From: the human T2T-CHM13v2.0 reference genome, Homo sapiens
DNA length: 64,000 bases
Reading direction: 5' to 3' (one strand)
Assembly: GCF_009914755.1 (NCBI RefSeq)
Contig: NC_060925.1
Below, one piece after another: positions 50,580 to 64,000 of the stretch; position 1 is the stretch's first letter; each line of letters begins with the position of its first letter. The position numbers and the translations under genes are program-made. The notes under the pieces are model-generated. The model was not told where the DNA came from and ran no database searches. It saw nothing but the letters and a program-made list of their open reading frames with translations.

Positions 50580-53500
50580 GAGACTTCTGGCTTCTGATCT
50601 GGTATGTAAGAAGCTTAGAAGTCACCATTCCATCCTAACAACAAGTAAAAAGCTAAACAAACTAAAAAATCAACCATTCTTCTTACACATTTGAGATGCT
50701 AGATATATTAGCTTAATTTAATTATTCCACATTGTATTAAAAACTCACAATACCACTTTGCATCTTATAAATATACACAACTATAATTTCTCAATATACA
50801 GTGTTAAAAAAAAATTCTTAGATCTGCCAAAGAAATAAGGTCACAGGGCAAGCTGCTGCCCCCAAGACTAGAGAGACAGAGGGGCGCATACAGAGCATTG
50901 CAACTTACTACAACAGAAACCTCCATGGAAATCAGTACCCGGTAGAAACCTCAATTGTACTCGACATACTGCTGGGGGTCTAGAATGAACAACTCTTCGA
51001 GTTTAAAACTCCAGAGGTGCCCATCATGGGGAGTAGGGAGGGATAAGCTTTTGTGAGTTTTTTTTTTTCCAGGAGCTCTAGCAGGGCCTCGCAGTGAGTA
51101 TCAGAGAAAAATTCCCTTATGCTTCCAGTGGAAAAAGGAGGAAAAGGACCATTTTGAAAAAACACCAGAGATCAGCACCATAGGAAAAGGAAAAAAGAAA
51201 AAGAAAAAAACACCAGAGAATTATGTTCTTAACAAGGTTTTGCCCTCCAGAGAAACTAACCAGACCCTAACTTGCTGGGGCTTTGGCAGAGCCTAACCTA
51301 CCTGGGGAAGGAAAATACCCAACTCCAGTCCACTCTAGTCATCCTGTCCCACAAGAAAACAAACAAACAAACTGAGAAGCACTGAGTGAAGCTCACAGTC
51401 CAGGGTCATGGGCTCACTAGAAGACTGAGACCCACTCACAGGACTACAGGAGAACAATTCCATTCTGAGTTAGTCCACTTTGCATTTGCTATAAAGACGT
51501 AACCAATGCTGGCTAATTTTCAAAGAAAAGAGATTTATTTGGCTCACGGCTCTGCAGGCCATACATGAAGCAGAGTGTAGGCGTCTGCTTCTGATGAGGG
51601 CCTCAGGAAGTTCACCATCATGGCAGAAGGCAAAGAGGGGCCAGCATGTCACATGGTGATGGAGGGAGCAAGAAAAGGGAAGGAGAGCCAGACTCTTAAC
51701 AACCAGCTCTTGTGTGAACTAACAGAGCAAGAACCTGCTCATCACCAAGGGGAAGGCACCACGCCATGCATGAGGGGTCCACCCCCATGATCCAAAACCT
51801 CCCACCAGGCCCCACCTCCAACACTGGGGGTCATATTTCAACATAAGCTTCGGAGGGGACAAAACATCCAAACAGTATCACTCCCCAGTGATTTACCACC
51901 ACATCACTAAAGACCCATTCACAATTCTTTTTACCCAGTACATCATGACATCCGTCTTTCAGCAAAAACTTACCAGACATACTAAAAGGCAAAAAACACA
52001 GTGTGAAAAGATTGAACAAGCATCAGAATCATAGTCAGATACAGCAGAAATATTGGAATCATTCGACAAGAAAATTTTTGAAAATGATGAATAAGCTAAA
52101 GGCTTTAATGAAAAAAGGACATGAAAGAACAGATAAGTATAAGCAGATGAAAATTCTAAGAAAGCAAAAGTAATGCTAGAGATCAAAATCATTTTAACAG
52201 ACTTGAATAATCCTTTTGACCAACTTATTAGGAGACTGAACACAACTGAGGAAAAATCTCAGCTTGAGGATACGACAACAGAAACTTCTGAAATGAAAAA
52301 GCAAAGAGAACAAAGATTGTAAAAAAAAAAAAAGAATATCCAAGAACTGTAGGACAACTATGAAAGATGTAACATACATATAATGGGAATATTAGAAAGA
52401 GAATAAAGAGGGAAAGGAACAGAAGAAATAATATTCAAAACAATAATGACTGAGAAATTCCCCAAATTAATGTCAAACACCAAACCACAGATCCATGAAG
52501 CTTAGAGAACACTAAGCAGGATGCCAGGAAAACTACCTCTGGGCATATCATATTTACAACTAAGAAAATCAAAGATAAAGAAAAAAAATATTTAAAAAAA
52601 TACCCCAGAGGGAAGAAGAACATACTTCAGTGGAGGTAAAAGAAAAACTTTTGTTTTCTTATTCTTAATTGATCAACACACAATATCTTTTTCAAAATAA
52701 TAGCAACAATGTACTCAATTACGTATGCATATATATGCTTATGTATAAGTGAAATGAATGACAGTGATGATTCCAAAGATGGGAGGGAAGAATTGGGAAT
52801 ATTTTGTTATTATAAGATATTTGCACTACTGATAAAGCAGTTTCATGTTATTCGAAAATGGACTTGGATTAGTAGTAAGTGTATATTGCAAACTCTACGG
52901 CAACCATTTTAAAAAGTAAAAAGAAGTATAATTAATATGCTAATAAAGGAGAGAAAACAGTATCATATAAAATCCAGCTTTATTCATAATTTCCAAAACT
53001 TGGAAGCAACCAAGATGTCCTTCAGTAGGTGAACAGGTAAACTGTGGTACATCTAGACAACAGATTATTCATCACTAAACAGAGATTAGTCATCAAGCCA
53101 TCAAAGGACATGGTAGAACCTTAAATGCATATTACTAAGTGTAAGAAGCCAATCTGAAACACTTTATACGGTATGATTTCAACTGTATGACATTATGGAA
53201 AAGGCGAAAGTATGAAGATAGTAAAAAGATCAATGGTGGCCAGAGATGAGAGGGGAGGGAGAGATGAACAGGTGGAACATGAAAGATTTTGGGGGCAGTG
53301 AAAAAAGTCTGTATGACGCTCTAACAGTGAAGACATGCCATTCTACATTTGTGCAAACTCACAGGATGCACAACACCAAGGGTGAGCCCTAATGTCAACT
53401 CGGGAGTCTGGGAGATAATGTGTCAATGTAGGTTCATCGACTTTAGCAAATGTACCAATCTGGTTTGGGATGTTTATGATGATGGGAGATAGGGGTGGGG

Positions 53501-53590
53501 CAGGGAATGGCCAAGGGTTATATGGGAAACCTCTATGCTCAATTCTGCTGTGAACATAAAACGGTTCTCAAATAAAAAGTTTATTAATTT
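50580..53590 (+). mobile_element. Composite of old L1 (L1MC/L1MD-like) pieces: 5' UTR/ORF1 remnant joined to 3' end segments
   Basis: ORF1-like aagaatatccaagaactgtaggacaac...gagaaattccccaaattaatgtca, and a 3' UTR ending tctcaaataaaaagtttatt. Confidence 0.75.
51466..51880 (-). mobile_element. ERVL-MaLR LTR (MSTB-like) nested in L1
   Basis: tgagttagtcc...atcatggcagaaggcaaag...cctcccaccaggccccacctccaaca...atccaaacagtatca. Confidence 0.88.
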
Positions 53591-53689
53591 TTTAAAGGAT
53601 TTTTACACAACTAAGCCTTGATAAACATTTACCTTCTTTCTTCTTCATCATAATTATTTTTCCGCATTATTTTGCTATTTTCCTTCTCT

Positions 53690-54008
<319 letters not shown>

Positions 54009-57000
54009 TAGCATAACATGGTATGCACACATTAAATTAAATGTGAAAAACAAAGGCAAAAAGAAAAATAAATCAACAAAAGTTCTCCAATCATGACTAA
54101 AATCATGGACTATTTCCTTCTAATCTTTTCTACAGGCTGATTTTTAAAAACATTACTTAATTCATGGAGAATATCAACCAGAGTGCTCAAGATCTGGCCC
54201 TTGGGAAGACAGGCTTTCAGATCATCTCGAGTCCTTATTTCCTTTCTACCCCCAACCTCTGCTGTGCCTGGTGCTCAGGGCCCCTCTCCAGAAACCGTCA
54301 CTCTGAAGATGAGCAGGCACATTCAAGGCTGTAGGGAGTACAGGGGAGGATCTGATGCAGTCTTTCAAATACTCCTTTTCTTTTAAGGTCCCCATATGAA
54401 CCTATCCCCCCTCAGGACCTCACTTCATTAATTTCTGAGCCTTTCTGAGCAGGAAATATGCTTGCTTCTCATCGATATCCACCACTGTAGGCACTCAGAT
54501 CCCACCTAGCTCCCCACTGTTAATTCAGTCATCAGAACTCCAACTGCTTTTTGTCTTCATTATTGATCAATGTGTTATAATGACTTTTGATTCCATCAAA
54601 AGTAGAATTTGTTTTTCCATTCCTCATTCTCCTTGCCATTCTATGGTGATGGATGATTTCTGAGAGAAGAAAGAGGTAGAAATCTCTCTATTCCATCACA
54701 ATTCTTATTCTTACATGGTATTGTAATACCATATTATCTTTATTAATCTGGCTTTATAATATATTTCACTGTCTGGCAGGAACATGGTCATTTCAAATTT
54801 GACTGAATGTTTCAAAAAAGTATTTTCTATTTGTCTTTAAAGTTATGGGCAACTTACCAGATAAGTTGAAAAGAAGTTCAATATCCTAAATTCAAAATCC
54901 TAAATTTTCACATGTAGACCTTCCTATCAACTCAGACAATGCCAGGCACAAACCTATGATCAGTAACTGCTGAGTGATTGTGAACAAGCCATCCAAGAAA
55001 AGTCAAATGCATAGGGGCATTTGTGGAAGTGTGGAGTTGTCTCTGAAAAGCTGTTGCACTGTGAACTTGTTTCAGCCTGAGAGGCAAGAAAGGCTGGCCT
55101 GTGATTACTTCCGGTGTCTACCTAGTGTGAAATGTGTTGAGTCAATGAAGCATCTGGAACAGACTTAGTTCAACTGGAAGGTTCATGACTGGGATGCTTC
55201 CTGGAGCCCTCAGACCAGAGGGCAGACATAACCCAAGAATTGCTTCTTATTAAAGGAACAGAGACAAAAACCTAAACAGAGGGATAACGGCAGAGCATTA
55301 AATGCAGATAATTCCATTTGCGACTAATTTACCCAAATAAAATAGCAGAAAGCAGCTTTCAGTGGAATAATTTAAGGCAACAGGCAGGAGAGTGGCGTGA
55401 ACTATTATTTTCATATTTCCATTGCTTACTTGTCACTTCCAGTGAATATTTAACTTTTGAGCATCCACTTTGTGGCTTAAGGATGTTCCTAACTTCCCCA
55501 AACTTTGCATCCTTGACCAGTACACTACAATATTTATTCACAACCCTGGGAAATACCTATGGGAAAGTTACTGTTCCCTGAACGAAATACATGAAAATCC
55601 AGATTTCTCTACTCGCTGACAGTTTATATAGATAATGCTACTTCCCCCTCAATTTATCTCTACTCTGTTTCAATCTACACACTGCTGTCAGAACAGCGTT
55701 AGACCACAGATCTGAGCACTTTAATCCCCCCCTCAAAAATGGCCCCCCTCTGCTCACCAGCTCCATGCTGAGGCTCTCACGTCCTTCTCATGATATAACC
55801 CCCATCTACTGAGACACTCAGTTCTCCTCAAATGAATCTATTCTCCATTCCCTGACTAAGCTGCAGCGTTCTCACCTCAGTGCCTTTGCCTAGGCTGTGT
55901 CTTCCATCTGAAATGCCCTTTACCAGACTACTGGAATGACAACTCTCCTTCAAGGCCCAAGTGCCTCCTATATTAAAACAATAATGGTTAGAACTTTCCA
56001 TTTCAACAAAATGATGCAGAATTCACCTTATATTGAAAAAGGCAGGTAGTGAAGGAAATTCAGTGTACGAGTAACAATGCACCTCATGTAAACCACTGTG
56101 AGGTAAAGAAAAGGCAAGGACTTTAAAGCCAGATATTCATGGATTTAGCTCCCTGGTCTGGCATCTTTGAATCTTGTGACTCGGGGCAAGTTACTCAAGT
56201 CTTCTGGAACTGAGTTTTCTCCTCTATACAATGGACACAATGGTACCTGTGTTGCAAGTGTGGACTGTAGACACAAACCACGCGTTTCCCATATTCCATT
56301 TAATAATTCTGTGCTGCCCTCGTCTTTCCCGCGTTGTAAATTTCAGCCTTCTCAGGTCTGTGTCTTTCTCCTGTGCCGTTCATCAGTGGAGGCTTAGTTC
56401 CCAGTGCTGGTGGAAGATGCCTCCGTACACTGTTAAGGAGGCAATGCTTTCTCTTCCTATCATTGATAATATTCTGCATCATAGGGCTATGAGACCTCCA
56501 GGCTTCAGAGATTACCACTGTGTCCTGTGGAGGCAACCTCTAAAAAGTATGTAATTCTGATTTTCTTAGTTAATAATGTGTCACTCTGGTAACACTATTT
56601 AAATGGGTCTCTATTTTCTCAAAACGTAAGTACTTCTGAGTTCTCTTTGTTAAGCCAGAAGGGGAGGCAAAAGAAAATAACTTTGCTAGCTTTCTTATTT
56701 AAATTGAGAGCCTGGGATCAATGAAAATCAACACGGGTTTGCTGTGAGAATGAACCACAATAATTAATGACTCTTCAGTGGCTAGAACATAAAAGATAGC
56801 TAGTGTTAGTGAGACCATCAGCAACAATACAACTGCACAACTTCTACTAACAATAATGACATGGACACTGTTCTGCCAGACCTTCCAGTCCACAGGCCTT
56901 TGAGGCCTTAGCCAAGACTTTTCTCTACTGGAGGGGTAAAAACCACTAAGCAAAGCCTCGCTTGTCTGAGTCAGCTGAGTCTCATAGCCAGGGTATTTGT

Positions 57001-57455
57001 CTGACCCTGTTTTCAGTGCTGAATTTGCCATCCTGTTGTAAATCAGTCAGCACAAACTCAGAAACATACCCGTTCATTTACTTAACAGCACACAATCCTT
57101 CAAAGGGCAAAGTGGTTTGAGGAAATCCAAACTAACCAAGGGGGGAAAGGCCAGGAACACGGATTCCTCTGCTGAAGATAAATGGTAGCTATCAAATCTG
57201 CACACAAATCCCTGAATAAATACCAACAGCATTCCTTCGTGTTGTTTTGAAATTCAAACTACATTAGGAAAAGAGAAAGGTGCCTTACTTTTTGACATAC
57301 CACTAAGTCTTCACTCCATCAGAATGCTATTAGCATTAGTGGCAGATTTTATTACCTCTCTAAGTGTGTATAAAAACCAAGTGTCTCTAAAAAGTATTAT
57401 TTTTGTTGACATTTATCATAAAGACTATTAAAACAACATATAAAAATGTCAATGT

Positions 57456-58980
<1,525 letters not shown>

Positions 58981-59269
58981 TCAATGTGTCATTTGAGTAG
59001 CTCATTGCACCCAAACTGGCTATTGCACAATTTCAGTTTATACAATCTATTAAGAGAACGCACACGCTCTCGTCTGGTTAGAACGCATTCTTCTTCCTGA
59101 GGGAAAACCTGAGCTTAGGTTGTTCTCTCTGAAACATCCCCACTAACGGGGATGTCCCTTGAAGGCCGCAGGGACTCTACCTTTTATCTCTAAATCTCTG
59201 GAGCCTACCTTGGTGCCTGGTACATAGCAGTCACTCAATTCATGGTTGGTGGGTTTATTTTTTTAAAAA

Positions 59270-59500
59270 TAGCAGCTGTCATTTAACCAGATGCTGCTTT
59301 GTGGGAGGCCCTTTGCTTACATGATCACTAACACTTAAAACAACTCTGTGAAGGAGGCTAACAAATCCTGCCTTACAGTTGAGGAATCTCAGATTTAGGA
59401 AGATTAAGAAACTTGTCCACAGCTACATACCTGGTCAGTGAGTAAAAGATTCAAACTCCAAAGCCCAGCTTTGCAGAGTCTGAAGCAAACACTACGCTGT
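59270..59500 (-). mobile_element. MIR
   Basis: caactctgtgaag...ttaagaaacttgtccacagctacatacctgg...gattcaaactc. Confidence 0.65.
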
Positions 59501-60051
59501 ACAGAGTCTAGTCACCTATAGTCACTGCTGATCTTGCCATGTCTCGGGCACCACTGATGCCTCACTATAACTGAACCAAGTGGGAAGGGGGCACTGATCT
59601 GAATGTATTCTGACAACAGACCATGCCCTAGGATGTAAGTCCCTGGTACAAGACTGTTTTCATTATTCTTACTCCTGTCTCCTAAAAGCAGGCAAGAAAA
59701 CCAGTTTTTGATAGATTAGAATTGCACTCTATTTTCATTCGGATACCAAGTCCTGAGACACCTTAGCTGGCTAGGTAAGTCTGGTGGTGGGAGACCTGCT
59801 CCTGAAGCCATAAGCAAGTTAACATATGTGAATTTCCTCTGTAAACTCCACATGGCTCTATGACAACAACACAGTGTTCAATGGTATCACGGTGGTGAAA
59901 AGAGCACAGATTTTTAAATCAGATATAACAGAATTAGAATCTGCACTTCCCCCTTACAACCTCATCATCTAGGGCAAGTTGAGTTAATTAACCTCTCAAA
60001 TTTCTAATTCATCATCTGGAAAGTGTACAGAATAATCTGCACATTGCAGGA

Positions 60052-60471
60052 TGTGGTGAATATTGCTAGGTGTTCACCAACATCTGTTCTCCCTTGCTCC
60101 CAGGGCACAGGCCTGAACTACGTTTCCCAGTTCCTCCCCCAACCCCTGGAATCAGGCACAGCTACGTGACTAAGTTCGCTCCAACTGAGTGGAAGTGAAA
60201 GAGTTGGGAACTGCTTCTGGAGCTAAGCCTTGAGACTGTGGGCTGGCCCTGCTGGGCTCCTTTTTCCACTTCTTGTGAAGGCCTGAGGGGCGGTGGAGCA
60301 ACACCATGGAAAGAATCCGGGCCCTGAATAACAGCATGGAGTGGAGTCACCCACCCACCTGGTACATACATTACACAATCAGTGAAAAAGAAATAAATGT
60401 CTATCTCCTTTGAAGCTACTCAATTATCATTATGTCCCTTTGTTACGAGAACCTGGCCTTACCTTTGCCAA
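60052..60471 (+). mobile_element. ERVL-MaLR LTR (MLT1I/J-like) inside a MIR
   Basis: tgtggtgaatattgctag...ctacgtttcccag...agaaataaatgtcta...ttgttac. Confidence 0.65.
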
Positions 60472-61754
60472 CAGTGTTTTTCCCACCTATTATAATGCCT
60501 GGCACAAATTGGGTACTCAATAAATAAATGATGTCATTGCTGCTGCTGTTACCACTACTGCCACACCTACCATGCAAAGCAGTTCCCTTCTTACACACAT
60601 TGAAGGTTCCACGGCCACAGACACAAACTGCTGCCCTTAGCTACAGAAAGGAAAGTTAATGAAATGAAGATGGCTCTGGAGGAAAACAAAATCAAAACTT
60701 TCAACTCTAGAAGAAATAGCTTAAAGCACATGCCCTATTGAAGGACAAACACTTAGCTAAAACAGCCATCATCATTGTTGCTTTTGTTAGGTATTATGTT
60801 TTTGAGGTTATAGCAGGAAAGCTTATAGACACAGCACAAGAAGGAAATTTAGGAAGGCATATAATCGGGGTGTCCATGTTATACACAGGGTGTTCACCCA
60901 ATCTGCAAATGTTTATTAAACTATTCACCAAATATTTGTGAAACCAACGAGGTACCAGGTATTTGCTAAATGGAGGTACAGATAATAGCCTCACCCTCAA
61001 CTTTCACAGGAGTTTTATCACAAAAAAAATCAAATGAAAATAAGTAGCTTATTGTGTACATGTGACAAGGGAAAAAGGAGAGGAACAAAACCTACCCATG
61101 TTGTGAGGCTGCACGAGAGAGCAAACATACCAAAGAATCTTGCTTTATTTTCTCAGCGAAAAGAGTTCTAGTGCACCCATCAGTTGCTCTTGTAACCAGA
61201 CACTGTCCAAGGAGCATCAGACCATCCCAACTCAAGAACAAATGTCCCAGTTAGCCATGGCTAAAGAACACTTCCCTTAATAACGTCTTTTGATCGGCAC
61301 GAGGAAATCTACCTATATGAGTACTTTTTTGGGGGGTTCAGTGAGTCACTCACAGACCTATTTCTCACCAAGTCATTCGGAAACGTAAATGTCCAGAAAA
61401 ATAAATTTTAAATATGATAGGACTTCCTGGATGTTAAATTCAATTTCAGAGTATTTTCTCATATGAGAGTCATTTTGTAAAATAGACTTTTGCATTTTAA
61501 CAAAATCATCATCATTAATACCTATGCTTATAGGTCTAAACAGTTTCAATCAAGTCACAAACTAAATCAGGCTGCCCTTCCTCCAGACCCTGACTTGCTA
61601 ACAGATGCCACTATCTGTTCAGGCACCCTCCTTTCCTCTTCCCACCTCTCTCAAAGCCACTCCCACTGTGAGTATCCTCACTCTGACACTTGTGTACTGG
61701 AAGATGATTTTTCAATGAGAAAAAATCTCTCTTTAAATGACATTTTTCAAATTT

Positions 61755-64000
61755 AATATGACTAAGTTCTGCCCCCAAACCTACTCCTTAGATGGGAAGA
61801 TTCATTCCCATCTGAGAGATGACAGTATTTATTTTTCTCTAATACATGAGCAGTATTATAAAACCTTCCCCCATTTCTCCCCAATCCATGTCATCCAGTC
61901 TATCAGAGTCATGACAATTCTGACCCCAGAATGTATCTTGAATCTATTTCATTTTTCCCATCTCCTACATCTCCTATGCCAACCTCCTAAAGCCATCGTC
62001 TCCGGCCCAGGGAAAGCCATCGTCTCCGGCCCAGGGAAAGCCATCGTCTCCGGCCCAGGGAAAGCCATCGTCTCCGGCCCAGGGAAAGCCATCGTCTCCG
62101 GCCCAGGGAAAGCCATCGTCTCCGGCCCAGGGAAAGCCATCGTCTCCGGCCCAGGGAAAGCCATCGTCTCCGGCCCAGGGAAAGCCATCGTCTCCGGCCC
62201 AGGGAAAGCCATCGTCTCCGGCCCAGGGAAAGCCATCGTCTCTAGCCCAGGGAAAGCCATCGTCTCCGGCCTAGGGAAAGCCATCGTCTCCGGCCCAGGG
62301 AAAGCCATCGTCTCCGGCCCAGGGAAAGCCATCGTCTCCGGCCCAGGGAAAGCCATCGTCTCCGGCCCAGGGAAAGCCATCGTCTCCGGCCCAGGGAAAG
62401 CCATCGTCTCCGGCCCAGGGAAAGCCATCGTCTCTAGCCCAGGGAAAGCCATCGTCTCCGGCCTAGGGAAAGCCATCGTCTCCGGCCCAGGGAAAGCCAT
62501 CGTCTCCGGCCCAGGGAAAGCCATCGTCTCCGGCCCAGGGAAAGCCATCGTCTCCGGCCCAGGGAAAGCCATCGTCTCCGGCCCAGGGAAAGCCATCGTC
62601 TCCGGCCTAGGGAAAGCCATCGTCTCCGGCCCAGGGAAAGCCATCGTCTCTAGCCTAGGGAAAGCCATCGTCTCTAGCCTAGGGAAAGCCATCGTCTCCG
62701 GCCCAGGGAAAGCCATCGTCTCCGGCCCAGGGAAAGCCATCGTCTCCGGCCCAGGGAAAGCCATCGTCTCCGGCCCAGGGAAAGCCATCGTCTCCGGCCC
62801 AGGGAAAGCCATCGTCTCTAGCCTAGGGAAAGCCATCGTCTGTAGCCTAGGGAAAGCCATCGTCTCCGGCCCAGGGAAAGCCATCGTCTCCGGCCTAGGG
62901 AAAGCCATCGTCTCTAGCCTAGGGAAAGCCATCGTCTCTAGCCTAGGGAAAGCCATCGTCTCCGGCCCAGGGAAAGCCATCGTCTCCGGCCCAGGGAAAG
63001 CCATCGTCTCTAGCCCAGGGAAAGCCATCGTCTCTAGCCTAGGGAAAGCCATCGTCTCCAGCCCAGGGAAAGCCATCGTCTCCGGCCCAGGGAAAGCCAT
63101 CGTCTCTAGCCTAGGGAAAGCCATCGTCTCCAGCCCAGGGAAAGCCATCGTCTCCGGCCCAGGGAAAGCCATCGTCTCCAGCCCAGGGAAAGCCATCGTC
63201 TCCGGCCCAGGGAAAGCCATCGTCTCTAGCCTAGGGAAAGCCATCGTCTCCGGCCCAGGGAAAGCCATCGTCTCCGGCCCAGGGAAAGCCATCGTCTCTA
63301 GCCCAGGGAAAGCCATCGTCTCTAGCCTAGGGAAAGCCATCGTCTCCAGCCCAGGGAAAGCCATCGTCTCCGGCCCAGGGAAAGCCATCGTCTCTAGCCT
63401 AGGGAAAGCCATCGTCTCCAGCCCAGGGAAAGCCATCGTCTCCGGCCCAGGGAAAGCCATCGTCTCCAGCCCAGGGAAAGCCATCGTCTCCGGCCCAGGG
63501 AAAGCCATCGTCTCTAGCCTAGGGAAAGCCATCGTCTCCGGCCCAGGGAAAGCCATCGTCTCCGGCCCAGGGAAAGCCATCGTCTCCGGCCCAGGGAAAG
63601 CCATCGTCTCCGGCCTAGGGAAAGCCATCGTCTCTAGCCTAGGGAAAGCCATCGTCTCTAGCCTAGGGAAAGCCATCGTCTCCGGCCCAGGGAAAGCCAT
63701 CGTCTCCGGCCCAGGGAAAGCCATCGTCTCTAGCCCAGGGAAAGCCATCGTCTCTAGCCTAGGGAAAGCCATCGTCTCCAGCCCAGGGAAAGCCATCGTC
63801 TCTAGCCTATGTTATTGTGACACTCTTAACCTCATCTCATGCTTGACCCCTTGAATCCATTCTCTATATACTTCTCTAGACAGAATTAGAATCATCTTTT
63901 TACAAACATGAAGGATTCAGTCACACCCACATTTCAAACATTTCAATGGTTTTCTGCTACTTCAGAAGAAAATTGAAACTTCTTCAAATGGCCTAACACG
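61755..64000 (+). mobile_element. L2 fragment split by the minisatellite
   Basis: Left flank cccccaaacctactcct...catccagtctatc...cagaatgtatcttgaatcta. Right flank gaatccattctc...atctttttacaaacatg...ttcaatggttttc...aaatggcct. Both are collinear with the L2 3' consensus. Confidence 0.75.
61989..63809. repeat. 24-bp minisatellite/VNTR, 75 full units plus one 21-bp partial; consensus AAAGCCATCGTCTCCGGCCCAGGG
   Basis: Directly visible, with no indels across 1821 bp. Six variant unit types differ only in the TC(C/T)(G/A)GCC(C/T)A segment, including one unit with TGTAG. Confidence 0.99.

Noticed and set aside
61989-63809. CRISPR array or mucin/collagen-like gene
   Set aside because: The units are directly adjacent with no unique spacers, there are no cas genes, and the context is a primate intron. 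No signal peptide, exon structure or Gly-X-Y periodicity supports a conventional gene.
61989-63809. The published SMYD3 promoter CCGCC VNTR
   Set aside because: That is a very short repeat in the 5' regulatory region. This array is a 24-mer deep within an intron.

Overview
Primate, almost certainly human, genomic DNA from inside the lysine methyltransferase gene SMYD3, which lies on the minus strand. Three constitutive coding exons are present (17396-17463, 15456-15558, 3068-3178; conventionally exons 6, 7 and 8). They encode the C-terminal half of the SET domain (GVGLYPS, NHSCDPN, ELTICYLD) and the post-SET zinc cysteines (CECxxC). A small alternative exon at 40749-40799 supplies an in-frame start, MEEEEEK. 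The rest is intron dense in retrotransposons (L1, L2, Alu, MIR, LTRs) and DNA-transposon relics. The most striking element is a perfectly phased 24-bp minisatellite of about 76 copies (61989-63809). It appears to have been amplified from an ancient L2 ORF2 segment, is CpG-island-like, shows higher-order duplications, and is open for more than 600 codons on both strands, with a strong-Kozak ATG in every unit on the SMYD3 sense strand. Repeat subfamily names and boundaries were assigned by eye from remembered consensus sequences and are approximate.
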